Below, in pieces: positions 23,283-35,191 of a DNA stretch of 64,000 bases. This stretch comes from Chlorokybus atmophyticus. Taxonomy: Eukaryota; Plantae; Mesostigma and Chlorokybus algae. The number at the start of each line of letters is the position of its first letter. Within the stretch, counting starts at the first letter, position 1. The stretch lies in assembly GCA_009103225.1 (NCBI GenBank), contig RHPI01001292.1:225243-289242 (forward strand), written 5' to 3'. The notes beneath the pieces were generated by a model. The model ran no database searches and was not told the origin of the DNA. It worked only from the letters and a program-made list of their open reading frames with translations. The position numbers and the translations under genes were made by a program.

Positions 23283-26200
23283 CTACGCCGCGCTCAATTG
23301 CGACACCACCGCCATATCCCTCTTCAAGCTCTCAATCAACGCCACATCAACATCATCTCCCCTCTCCACACCAACATCACCCCCCTCCCCCTCCATCATC
23401 GCAATCACCCGCTGGTAGTCCCTCTGCGCCGCCGCGTACTCCTTAAGGTGGGCGTACGCCGCCGCACGCCTCGCTAACAACTTTCTGTACAAGGAGGGGG
23501 AGGAGGAGGTTGTTGTTGTTGTGTCGAGGGATTCAAGTGCGACCGTGCAGTCGGATACGGCTGCGGCAAAGTTGGAGAGTTTGATGAAACACGCCGCGCG
23601 GTTGGATAAGCAGAGTAGTCTCTGATGGAAGGAGGAGACGTTTGAGTTGGTGTGGTGCAATGTGTTGTGGAAGTTGTTTACATGCGAGTTAAGTGTGCGT
23701 GCGTACCGTTCGGGGTGAGCAGTCTGCGGCCTCAACAGCGCGCTTGTATGCCTCGCAGGCGCCGTGCGCATCCCCACGAGAGAAGCAATCCCCGCCACGC
23801 CGTTTCCACTCCTCGGCTGTATCCAACATGAGTCAAGACAGAGACACATACGCACACACACATGTACACTCGTATGCTCGCACGTGCACACACGAGTGCG
23901 TGCATACGCACACACAGAGTGAGGCTTAGCACTTTACCATCTGGCGGCTGCAAACAGTCCCTCAGCTCCTGCACATCTCGCTTCAACCCTTCATCCTCCG
24001 GCAGCAGCTTCATCGCCTAACATCCCACAACATCTTGCACATCAGCCCACATATCACCCCACCCCACCCTACCCCAAAACACAACATGTCCACACCCCTT
24101 CCTCACCTTCTCATAGTCCCCAATCGCCTCTCTCACCCCCTCCTCACCCTCGTCCTCCATCGTCTCGGCCCGGGCGCGACCTCGGCGGGCGTACGCGCGG
24201 GCAAGAGCGCGAGCGTGCACATCTTGTGGCATATTGTCATCACCGTCATCAGATCTCTCATTGGCATCACATAACGGTTGCAACTGCAGGACGCAAGGAC
24301 GTCGGTAAGTGAGCTTGTGTTGGCAACAGCAACAACGACGACAACCACAACAACACTAACAACTACAACAACGCACAATGTTGATGGCGGCAGTGCAGTC
24401 CTGAATGCACTCTGCCGGGCTGCCGAGTTTGAGGTGGCACGCGGCGCGGTTGGAGTAGCAGCTGCATCAGAAACATCATTGTTTCTGGTTGTTATTACAG
24501 TAACAACACTGCTACCGGTACTACAACACATGCACGTACGCTGCCTGGTTGGGGTCGCGTGTGAGGGCGCGCGTGTACGCGTTGATGGCGCTCGTGTAGT
24601 CCCCGCGCCTGACATAGTACAACGGATGTGGGTTAATTCGTCACATGTGACTCCTGTGGCTCTTCTCTCAAAATAACACAACAACAACAACTCCGGGGGG
24701 CAGTGCACAGCATGCTTACTTATAGAACTCGTCGCCTTTGTCTTTGAGAAAGGCAGGGGCCCTGTTAGGTTGAGGAAATAGAACAATCAGTCATTGTTGA
24801 TCAGTTGCCGGAAAGGAGCAAAGAGAGGCACTTGCAGCTATGCAAGTAGGTGAAGAAGGTAGAGTGGTAACCCCACCTGTCGGAGATGTCCACAGTGTCG
24901 GCATCGTCATCGGGTCCACCTTTGGGCTTGCTGGCCGCCAGCTCCACCTCTGAAGGGGACCACACGGTCACGTGATATGAGTCAACCCTCTCATGCAACC
25001 AGTCTTTTGCGGAACATTGACTTTCTCTCTAGCGCATGCACACAGGCACATGCACAACTTCATACACACACGCGCACACACACAAGCGCGCGCGTACACG
25101 CACGTACCTCTACTTTGGCGTGCTGGCACGTTGGGCTGCGCGGTATCCGTGAACGTGACCGTCAGTACATGCGTGTGTCTCAACGCCGGTACAGCTCCAG
25201 CCTTGGAGCAAGCCTCATGTCGCCTCAAATCCTTTTCCTCTGAGACAATCTCACTCCCCCCAGGACTGGTCTGAACCACTTCACCCTCCTCCTCCTCCTC
25301 CTCTTTTTGCAGGTCCCAAATCTGCACGCCACCCCGCACGGGTGAGATGTACCCGCCATCAGAGGTGCCGGGAACATCGGCGGCTGGCTCGGGAGCGGGG
25401 TGGGGACTGGCGTCGGGCTGGGATTGGGACTGAGTTGGGGTGGAAGTGCGCTGCCAGCTGTACACTTCTTCCTGTAAGCATGAGTTGCTCAAGAAGCATG
25501 AAGGCTTGAAAGCACGGGTGTGACTGTTTCTATATGTTATGAGACTGTATTGATCGCTTAATCGCTTACATTTACGTTTTTTTTTGTCTGTCTGTGTAGA
25601 ACACACAGACACGCGCGCGAGTACGGGCATACACAGATGCACACATTCTCATCTGACCTGTTCACGCTTGAGCTCCGCCGCCTTGCGCTGCTCGATCAAG
25701 TTCCTGTGGTCCTGCATGACGCAACATCGTCAGCGATGCGCACCGACAGAGCGTGAAAAGAACTCCTTACGTGCTCCAGCTTCATCTGCATGTCGAGCGC
25801 TCTCCTCTCCTCATCCCTCTTCTCCTTCCGCCTCTCCTCATCCGCCTGTACACAGACACACACTCTCACCACAACACAATCACACCACCCCCACTCCCCC
25901 AACCCCCACCCCACCCTCCCACTAACCTTCCTGATCCTCTCTCCATACTCCTCCACGCTCCTCTCCCTCCTTTCCCTCCCCTCCCCCTTCCCCCCCTCCC
26001 ATGTCAGCCGCCCCCACAGCCCCTCCCTCTCTTTGGTCAGGACGATCGTCACGCCGGACGCGTCGCACGTGATTAGGGGAGAGGAGGAGGGAGTGATGGT
26101 GTGGGCGAGGTCGAGGGAGAGGAGGTAGGGGGGGAGAGTGAGGCGAACGTGGCAGGAGGTGACTGACAAGGGGGAGAGTTAGTTCTTGTCCTTGTTTAAC

Positions 26201-26806
26201 ATTGGGCGGGGGCGGGAAGGGGGGATCAGTGTGCGTGTGCATGTGCGTGTACGTGTCCGCGTGCATGTGCGTTCTTGTGCGTGCCGACGCCCGTGCGCTC
26301 GCATGTGAATGATTGTTTCCGTGTGTGCACTCGCGTGTGCGTGAATGCGTGCACGCATGTGTGCAACTGTAAGGGCATGCGTTCGGGAAAGCGTGCCTGC
26401 ATGACTGTGTGCGCACAAATGCACGTGTGCGCGTGCATGTATATACACCTGCGTGAACTCACGGGCATGTACGCTTGGACATTCTCAAAACTGCGTGTAC
26501 AGTGGTGTAACTGCGTAAAATTTCCATCCGCAAACCCACAACATGTGGCGTTCACACTTTGTTACATGAACACAAGAAGCAATCTACCCATCAGCACGGC
26601 GACTGCAGACAAAGACTGACCAATATTCCCAACATTGCGTAATTTTTCAAGTAAACGACATCACAACAACAACAGCAACAGGTGCGTGCGTGCGTGCGTG
26701 TACCAAGTATGTCAACATCTTTGCGACTGAACCCGGCCTTGAACTCCACCCTTATGCGCAGAGAGGGCAGGGTCTCCTCCCAGCTAAACAGCGGCGTCAC
26801 AGGCAT
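23283..26806 (-). CDS. DNAAF4: Dynein axonemal assembly factor 4 (DYX1C1/PF23): CS domain + coiled coil + TPRs
   Basis: MPVTPLFSWEETLPSLRIRVEFKAGFSRKDVDIL, VRLTLPPYLLSLDL and ERRALDMQMKLE follow the DYX1C1 N-terminus. TPR exons EEWKRRGGDCFSRGDAHGACEAYKRA and LLCLSNRAACFIKLSNFAAAVSDCTVAL...KLLARRAAAYAHLKEYAAAQRDYQ. Confidence 0.85.
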
Positions 26807-29800
26807 GGCTGTCGACTCTCAATTCCTCCGCAACAAGTGAGTAAATAACGTTGGGAAAAAAAAGCGCAAACCACCAGCACCACTACCGCAGCTGCGCTGA
26901 GTGCTGATGACACCTCAACCAACTACCACGAATTCAACTAGCAAGCAAGTCAGTTCGCTTGGTTGCTGAACCCCATGACCACTGATGCTGATTCTGAAGA
27001 CTACTGTGCCGATAACGCCGCTGCCACCTATGCCGCCGCCGATGTCGCCGCCTCCGCCAGGCCGTTGGTGAATACGCCGGTGGACGGTGAGTCACCGTCG
27101 GTGACGTTACGCCTGTGAAGTGAAGTCGCGGTCGCCGTCACGTGAGTTTTCATTTGTTTTCATGTGTTTCATGTGTTTCATGTGAGCGAAAAGCATGCGT
27201 CTACCGGTAGGTAGTCAATCAACAGTTCATTGTGCACTCATTGTGGACGATGCTCAGTTGTTGAATCGGTAATGACGCGTCCATGTACGACGCCAAAGCA
27301 AATAGTTGTAGATTACGATGATGTGATGAGCATGAATACAGTTGATTATCTGTCGTACTTTGGCTGCTTGGCTGTTTGGCTACTAAATCTACCCCATTGG
27401 AAAACCCCATTTCTTATACAAGCCTCCCCCCTTAATTGAAAAATTGATTTTAAAACGATGATTTCCTGGTAGGGGACTCTGTTCGTGGAGGGGGGGNNNN
27501 NNNGGGGGGGCTGATGGGGTAAGTACGGTATGTCCACTCAGTCATAAAAACACAAGGTGTGGTAGTGCACATACAATGTCAATGTGTGTGCAGTGAGCAT
27601 GGGCTGACCCAAACCCCCTGGTATAGTTTTTACGCCACTGCATCTGGTGTGCACATGCAACCACTGATTACTTACGGTTCAAAGAGCCATTCATTAATGA
27701 GTGTGACATGCTGCCATAGCAACGACCCCGTATTCATATCAATTACAGCACGTTACAGAACGTTCTCGTGCTCGCTCACATCGTCACCTTTGATGCATCC
27801 ACACATTGAAGCTAAAGTTGAATCGCATTCGTGAACAATGGAACCTGCCTCCCTCTGCAACATGCCTTGAATATATCGAGAGCATATTGTCGTCTGTCCC
27901 GTGACGTCACGCATAATTATGGTGGCGGTTGCGGAAGAAGGCAGGTGCCGTTTTCTCACATTCCATCGCAACATACATTGGTCATATCGAGTGCAAATCC
28001 TCGCCTTTTTCGTAATGCATGAGTAAAGGGGCGTCATCCAATATGCGCAGCTAACTATTCCATATGGTCGGACATGTCTTTCAACACTGGTCCCATAGAA
28101 GATTCTGTTGTGCATGATTATGTAATATTAAAGTCACGAAATGTTGCAATCCTTGTGGATTAATAACACCGTCATTGGACACCGATAGTGGACATATGTT
28201 TATCAGCAAGGGTGGGGGGGGGGGCTGCCACCAGAAAGAGCCTGCCACTGCGTTAAACAGGAAGCTTGTCCGGCACCTAACAATAAAACTCAGTAAATAA
28301 CATCGACACCAATTTCAACTACCCAATGCTTAGTACTAATGACATTTGACCAGGCTCTACCAACTGCAGAGCAGTTTCTTGCGCTTGGAGTGTGGCCATC
28401 CAACCGCTGTTATAGATGTCAAAGGTTGTTGTGCCGGTTACGCCGCCATCGCCGCCAGGCCGTTGGTGATTACGCTGGCGAGCTACGGCGGTGCCTCCAG
28501 TTACGCACGTAAATGCGCGGTCGGTCGCTTGGCATCAAAAAGATACCTCGGTGTTGATGATGTCGAGCATAGTTAAGTAGCGCTTGAATCGCCAAAATGT
28601 TATGGTCCCTTGGCGAAATATTGAGATGCAGGGTTTGCTTGTTGATGGTCTGATTCAGACGCTTTTAACCCGCTATTCGCTACATATATTAATCAACGAC
28701 ACCTAAAGCTATTCAATACTAGCATAGTAATTGACTGGTGTGATATGCTGCAAGAATACACAAAATGAACAAGGTTCCGCAATCACGCACAGAGAGAGAG
28801 AGCAATCGCGAGGGCGCATCATAAGCAACATTGGTAAGAATGTTTCGCTAGAAGCAAAGTTCATACGACAGCGGTATTCAACATTTGTAATTGTAATTCA
28901 TCCGCACTTTAGTGGGGAGGCTTCAAACTCCTCCCCTGCTTTCTTCATTTGCTTCACGCATGATGTGCAAATCGTTCAACGGGGCTATCATCCGGCCCAG
29001 TCAATTACAATGGGACCAACCAGCAAACGCATTCTGGTTATGTTCACCAATTCCTGAGTGCGTCTAAGGACACAACCAACGAGCTGGACTTCCACGGTAT
29101 TTACCGCAGCAATGCACTAACTAGTGCCATTCGCAAAAACAATGTAACGGTGTCCCTTGGCATGCAGCCCTTATCTTAGTATGATAAATGCTTATTAAAT
29201 AAAGTGTATTAGCTTGTAGTGTTGTGCTGCGTGAAATTATTATGATGCGACAATTGTCGTTCATCTGTACAATTTGCGTGCCAGCGTAGAGTTGGGGTTT
29301 ACTTGTTATTGGTCAGCTCTACGCATTGTAGCACTGTCGAGATGTGTAGTACGCTTCTACGAAGTGAAATTTAATTATATAGTGTGGTACATTACAATAA
29401 TGCAGCATTACGTAAAAAGATCAATTGAAGTTCACCTGCTCCTCCTTGTAGCATAACGAAACTTTATATGCCATTGCAACTTATGTGATAAAATTTGAAT
29501 GACCAATCATGAGTTTTACGTATATAATCTAGTAAATATCATCACTTTTGTATTCATATGCAAATCATGATCAATCGAGTGACTTGCCCATGATTGCAAC
29601 AGTGTGCAAGTCTTGCTTATTTTTCACCATGCTGATTGTTAAAATTACACTTAAAAAATATGCATATTTGTTGATGCATGATCGGAAAGCTTGTACAATC
29701 ATGATACAAATCTCAGCATGTGCACGATCGATTCACTCAAGTCTGATCGATCACAATTAATGAAATAATTATGCCCATAGTAGCATGCTGCTCTACGCAG

Positions 29801-30433
29801 CCGTTACTTGGACACGTGTTTCACCATCTTATTTAAATGCAAGACCACATGATGCACACTCGTGCGACTTAAGCCATGCCATTGCTTCATTAACATGTAC
29901 GATGCAAGTTGATGTGAACCTGATCATTCTGCTTACATTCATCATTAACAGAAGATTATGATAAAGGTAACAAGCTAGCTATCTTGTTACCTTTCAAACG
30001 AATCTAAAGCCGCGTTATCGCTGACACACGTTACAGGTGGTTTTGCCAGCGCCATGTGACATACCGTCATCTTACATGAAATGCCAAACATACGAGGCAC
30101 ATGTTCGAAACATACACGCGCTGTCGTGATTCCAGTAAGCAGATGGTTAACAGTACGTGTAAGGTTGCGGTGAGTGGATTGAATGCTGAAAATGGTATAT
30201 ATATATACAGTCCGGCCAACTAGTACCACACACAATACGCGCATACAAGCACATGCACACAAGCTCACAACATGTGTATATAAGGGGTATGGTACGGTGG
30301 CAGCATGCATGGTGTGGACAATGCGAATGGCATGCATCAGCACAAGCATACACACGCTTTACACATGTGTAATACTTATACATGCTAACATGCTCACAAC
30401 ATGCGTGTATCACACATCGGGCTTTGCCCCCCN

Positions 30434-30591
30434 TAGCAGCCAAGCAGAGTGAGACGAGCAGAAGCTTGACCGCACCAAGCTTTTGGCAAATCTCTTGGGC
30501 AGCGCGGTGAAACTCTTTAGCATGCACTATCTAGATGCATCAGATCCATAGCTTCTGCGTAAGGATTGCAAGCAGATTGCATGCAGAAGAT
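30434..30591. repeat. 158-bp exact direct repeat, copy 1
   Basis: Identical to 40901-41058 (tagcagccaagcagagtgag...gcatgcagaagat). Begins immediately after an N at 30433. Confidence 0.95.
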
Positions 30592-30611
30592 CAACTCCCC
30601 CCTCCACCCCT

Positions 30612-32534
30612 TCACCCCTGTATTCTGATCCACGCCAGCGTCAGCATCGCCGCCGCATCGCTCACCCCTCCAACATCGTCCCACACATCGGCGAGATGCG
30701 CTACGTGCGCCGAGACGCGGGCCTCATCGCAGTCGAGGGCTGAGAGCTTTGCTTGTCTCTGGGAGTCTGAGAGGAAGGGGTCCTCACATACGCGCTCGCG
30801 GCGCCAGGCATAGAACCTGCGTTGGTTGATGATAGTGTGTAGGCAGAGAAGTGTGTTCGTGTGTGTGCGTGAGTGCGCGTGTTTCTTGCCTTTGGAGGTC
30901 AGCTGTGAGGTGGCAAAGGCGCATGTCTCGGCGGACTTCGCGCTCGTGCTGGGCCCATGCACTATCATCGATGCCCGCGTGGCCGTCCTCGTGGATGCCG
31001 CTGCAATAGTACAAGTGTACGTGTATGCGCACACGCCTGTGTCAGGCGTTGTGCGTCCATGTGTGCAGCAGAGGGATATGGCTGTGCGCATGCGTGCCTG
31101 TGCGTGCCTGTGCTTATGTGTGCGCAGGCATATGCATGCGCATGCACGCAATGGTGCGGTTGTGTAACTCTCTCACTCGGCTAAGTCTGCAGCATCAGCA
31201 GCGTCGTTGACGTCCTCGTTATCATTGACCTGGGTGTTGTTGTTGCTAGCGGCCGCCTTTCGGTTTCGCTCCTGGACGTATTCCCTGGTGTAACCTGCTC
31301 ACATTTGGGTGCCAGACACGCTTGGTAACACTGCCATCTCTCACTTCACACAGATTTTGGCCGCTCACTACCAACAACACCAGTAAAAAATAACAAGGAC
31401 GAGAAAGAGTTGTCGGTCCTGAACAGCCATAAGAGACAAATGCACACGCGCGCGCATGCACACACTGTTACCAGAGATGGTGAGTCCGCCGCGGATCAAC
31501 ACGCACCATATCAACACCATGTGCACCATCTTTTACCCTCCCGCCAATGCAACGCTCTCTTCTCTAATAGCTACTTCGACCTCTGGGTGGGGTCCCAATC
31601 CAACATGCACACAAACTCCATCAGTCACTATGGCCAACATAAGCAGGGAGTCAAGGCATCAAACAGTGCAAACAAGCGGGCGTCTTGCTCTTGCATGCAT
31701 GCTCTGGCTAAAATATCTGCTGTCGTCAGACTTGCAGCGAAGTTGGCATGCAGCGATGCACTAGGTCAACATGCAATGCGAGTCCCAACACCCTACCCCT
31801 TTTTCTCTCCACTCCACACGCATGCATGCAAATGTGTTCAGGTGCATGGATGCATGCATAAGGCGACTTCACCCACTTCTATTTAAAAGGAACATGAACA
31901 CCTCCGGTACTCTCACCTTTCAGCCCTCACAAGCCCCAAGCAAGGAGCTTCAAGATGGCCCGCCCGCCATGCATGCACATGGTTGCAGCTGGCGCATCAC
32001 CAGCGTCATCCCCCTTGCAAGATGCAGACTTGTGTGCACTCCTCCACCTGTCCTAATCCAAGCCAGACTCCGTTCTGCGTGTTGACACCATGAAGTCTCC
32101 CAACACAGGAGAAACCTCTGCCAAGCAAGTTGAAAGGTGACGCGCACTGTGGTGACGTATCTGACGTGACAGCGTTGCTTAACGGTGAGACAACTCGCTT
32201 TTCTTTCTGTGTGTATTGTGCTGTGACTTCTGACTTGCGTTTGTTCCCGACTGTGTTCGGCGCAACCGAGGGGTGGCGGATCATGACAACGAGGACCGTG
32301 ATCAGGACGAGGACCAGGAGAGGGACGAGGCGACGCCGGGGGGCAAGTGGGGGAGAGGTGTAGATACCTTGAACGATGCACCACAGGATGATGAACTTGG
32401 TAGCGATAGCATTCAGGTTAATGCTGGCAGCCTTTGCGCCACAGTAGCTCCTCCTGTGCCTTCTCCTTGTCAATCTCCTGCTTGCCCTTGTCCTCCTCCT
32501 GGTTCTCCTTCTTGTCCTCCATGCCAGCCAGCAT
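30612..32534 (-). CDS. Hypothetical multi-exon protein of unknown family, possible N-terminal TM helix
   Basis: The two 3'-most exons splice in phase (GIHEDGHAGIDDSAWAQHEREVRRDMRLCHLTADLQR|FYAWRRERVCEDPFL...IRIQG*), preceded by a probable exon YTREYVQERNRK...ADLA. A C-ending-codon hydrophobic segment LVPLLVLVLITVLVVMI lies at about 32320-32280. The 5' structure and start are unresolved. Confidence 0.45.
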
Positions 32535-32875
32535 GCGCTCCCCCAAGCTCCTCCTGCTCCCCCTCCTCCTGGTCCTCCTCCTGTCCCTCCCCTCCTCCTC
32601 CTCCTCCTCCTCCTCCCTCACCCCCCTCAGCGGTCTCGCCCTCCAGCGCTTCGCCTCCCTCCGTCTCGGCATCGTCCCCCCCGCCGAGGCCATCGCCGCC
32701 GCCCCCCCCGCCAAGAACAACGAGAAGCTCTACCTCGACGGCATCGACCTGCTGCCGCCCCTTCCTGATAAGGAGAAGGGGGAGGTGCTGCCGGGGGAAG
32801 TGTGCGGAGGGGAGGGAGAGGATGATACGTGCGTGAGGATCGATCATGATAGGTGGGTGGGTGGGTGTTTTGCTG

Positions 32876-32906
<31 letters not shown>

Positions 32907-35191
32907 GGGTGGGGGTGGTGGTGGGGGTGACGGAGACACATTGTTGTTGTTAGCAGGAGTGTGACGATGTATCCGAGGGGGATGCGTAGCAACAAGTGCG
33001 CGAGGGTGACATGGGTAAGCCTTTGTTACACTTACACCCAGGAAGAGGGGATTGGATGGCATCACACACGCATGTGCTCTATCGAGTTGATTGCCACTCG
33101 GTCAACAGTACTTGTTGTTGGCAGGTGATCCACGGCATCGGTTCTGGTCCCGAGGCCTCCCGTGGGGTGTACAGCATGCAGCTGGCGCGATGGGTCGGGT
33201 ACTGCACGTACCAGCCGGCAGCAGGCACAGTGCTACCGCAGGTGTGTGTCTGGGCGCATGTGTGGGTATGCTTGTGACACCGTCATTGAGTCACCGTGGT
33301 CAGTCAAGCAACACCACACCAGCAGAAGTAAGCTTGTGGCTGTGTACTTGCTACAGTATGCAAGCGTGCGCACGCGCACACGCACACACATGCCTCTGTG
33401 TGCAGCACACCATCACCTGCCCTTTCGAGGTGACAGGTACGTCACCTCCAACCACCCCTTCATCCCCACACGCACACTTCACCAATGATGTGGTTGTGTG
33501 GGAGTTGATTATCATCAACTCCCTCCCCCTCTCAGGCCAGGATCTACCATTGGTCCTCGGCCCCAACGGCGCCTGGATCTCTCCCAACGCGACCGGCAGT
33601 GTCTCTTTCGTCGTCACCGCCGCGGCGGGAGGCAAGGGCGACTTCACCGCCACGTACGCCAACGGGGACGTGCTGAGGGTGCCGCAGGGGGGGATCAAAC
33701 TGGACATGGAGATAGAGTGAGTGCGGAGAGAGTGTGGTGTTGCATGTACACACGCGCACGCGCACGCACGCGCACACACATGCGCACGCACACATACACA
33801 GGTGGCCAATCTCAGCCACGGCAGCGAACATCTCTCAGCAGCGGCCCCTCGCCACAATCGACCCCGTCATCAAGGCAAGTTGGGCTTGTCGCCTTCGCTT
33901 GTTGCTTGTTGTTGTCGACGTACACAGTGTGTACCGTGCAGAACAGCACCGCCTCTGCTCAGTCCCTCGTGGTGATGACCTCCCTGTCGTGGCGTCGCAA
34001 CCCGGGCAACAGCTACGACGTGCTCAACTACGGATGCGCGTGCGACATGCGGGTGCCGGCGGACCTGCACTCGTGGCTAGCGGGTGAGGGGAGAGACACA
34101 TACGTGTGTGTGTTGTCGCGCTGCTTATTGAAAAAGAAAGGAACACATGTGTGTGCGTGTGGTGCTTGCTCGTGAAGCAGAGACGTGCGCGTGCGCGCTT
34201 ATGTGGGGCGTGTGTATGGGTGTGTGCGTGTGCGTACATGTGCGTATGTAGTGTGTATGTGCGTATCCTCATGCGTGCTTCAATCGTGATGGTGATAGTG
34301 ACTGTCACACAGATGACAAGAACCACTACGTTGTGAACAACGGCCCCGCCAACGACTCCTTCCGTTCTGCGCACGTGCAGACGGTGTTCGACTACGCCCA
34401 CTACGCCACGCCCGCCGCCGTGGTGGACGGGAGCTACGCCCTCGCCAACACCATGCTCCAGTGTACGAAAGAGTGGTGAAGTGAAGTAGATATGTTGGGT
34501 TTGTGTCTCATGTGTGCGTGTGTCGTGCAGATGACCCGAGGACGAATAACCCCGGGTTTGCGGTGATGGTGTACACGTCGGAAGTTGTTGGCAAGAAGAT
34601 TAGGTTTGATCACGCCATCATCATGCGGAGAGGTGAGACGCACGTGTGCACAATCATGCGCACTGGCGGGCACACATCTGCGCACGCACGCATGTGTGTA
34701 GTTTGTCTGCACGCACACTGTTGTCGAATATCTGTTGTTGAACACTGTTTCCGGTTGGGCTCTCACCCCCTCATTATCCCAAATCCGCAGGCTACCTCAT
34801 CACCTCATCAAGCTTCAAGCTGTGGTACCTCATCGGTGAGAACGGCACTTGTGGTCAAGCATACACTTTTATATCCACGTTGTTGTGTTGGACACAACAT
34901 GAACATATGACGGCTTTCAATTGCAGCGGTGTCGACTGTGGGCTTTGTTATTGTGAGCACCGCAACACTCTTCGTGCTCTGCAACTTCTGCCCGTGGTGC
35001 CCGCGCTACAAGAAGCGTCGGGAGCGCAAGGTAGAGTTGGTTGTGTGCTCTTTGTGTGGTTGTTGTGTCAAGTCCAATCCTGGGCGCTGATGTGGGTGAC
35101 TGTGTGTGGTTTCTTGTATCAGGCGAGAGAGGGGTATCGCCAGGCCAAAAGGCAGGAGGTGCTCAAGCAGTACGAAGAGTCGGATATGTAA
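32533..35191 (+). CDS. Uncharacterised type I membrane protein (signal peptide, about 400-aa ectodomain, one TM, Cys-containing basic tail)
   Basis: Signal peptide MRSPKLLLLPLLLVLLLSLP. About 10 exons with strong GC3 bias. TM exon pair gives FKLWYLIAVSTVGFVIVSTATLFVLCNFCPWCPRYKKRRERK. Last exon is AREGYRQAKRQEVLKQYEESDM*. An alternative ATG lies at 32521. Confidence 0.7.

Noticed and set aside
28211-28232. G-run + GCTGCCACCA motif also present inverted at about 52281-52292
   Set aside because: Too short and low in complexity to call an element.
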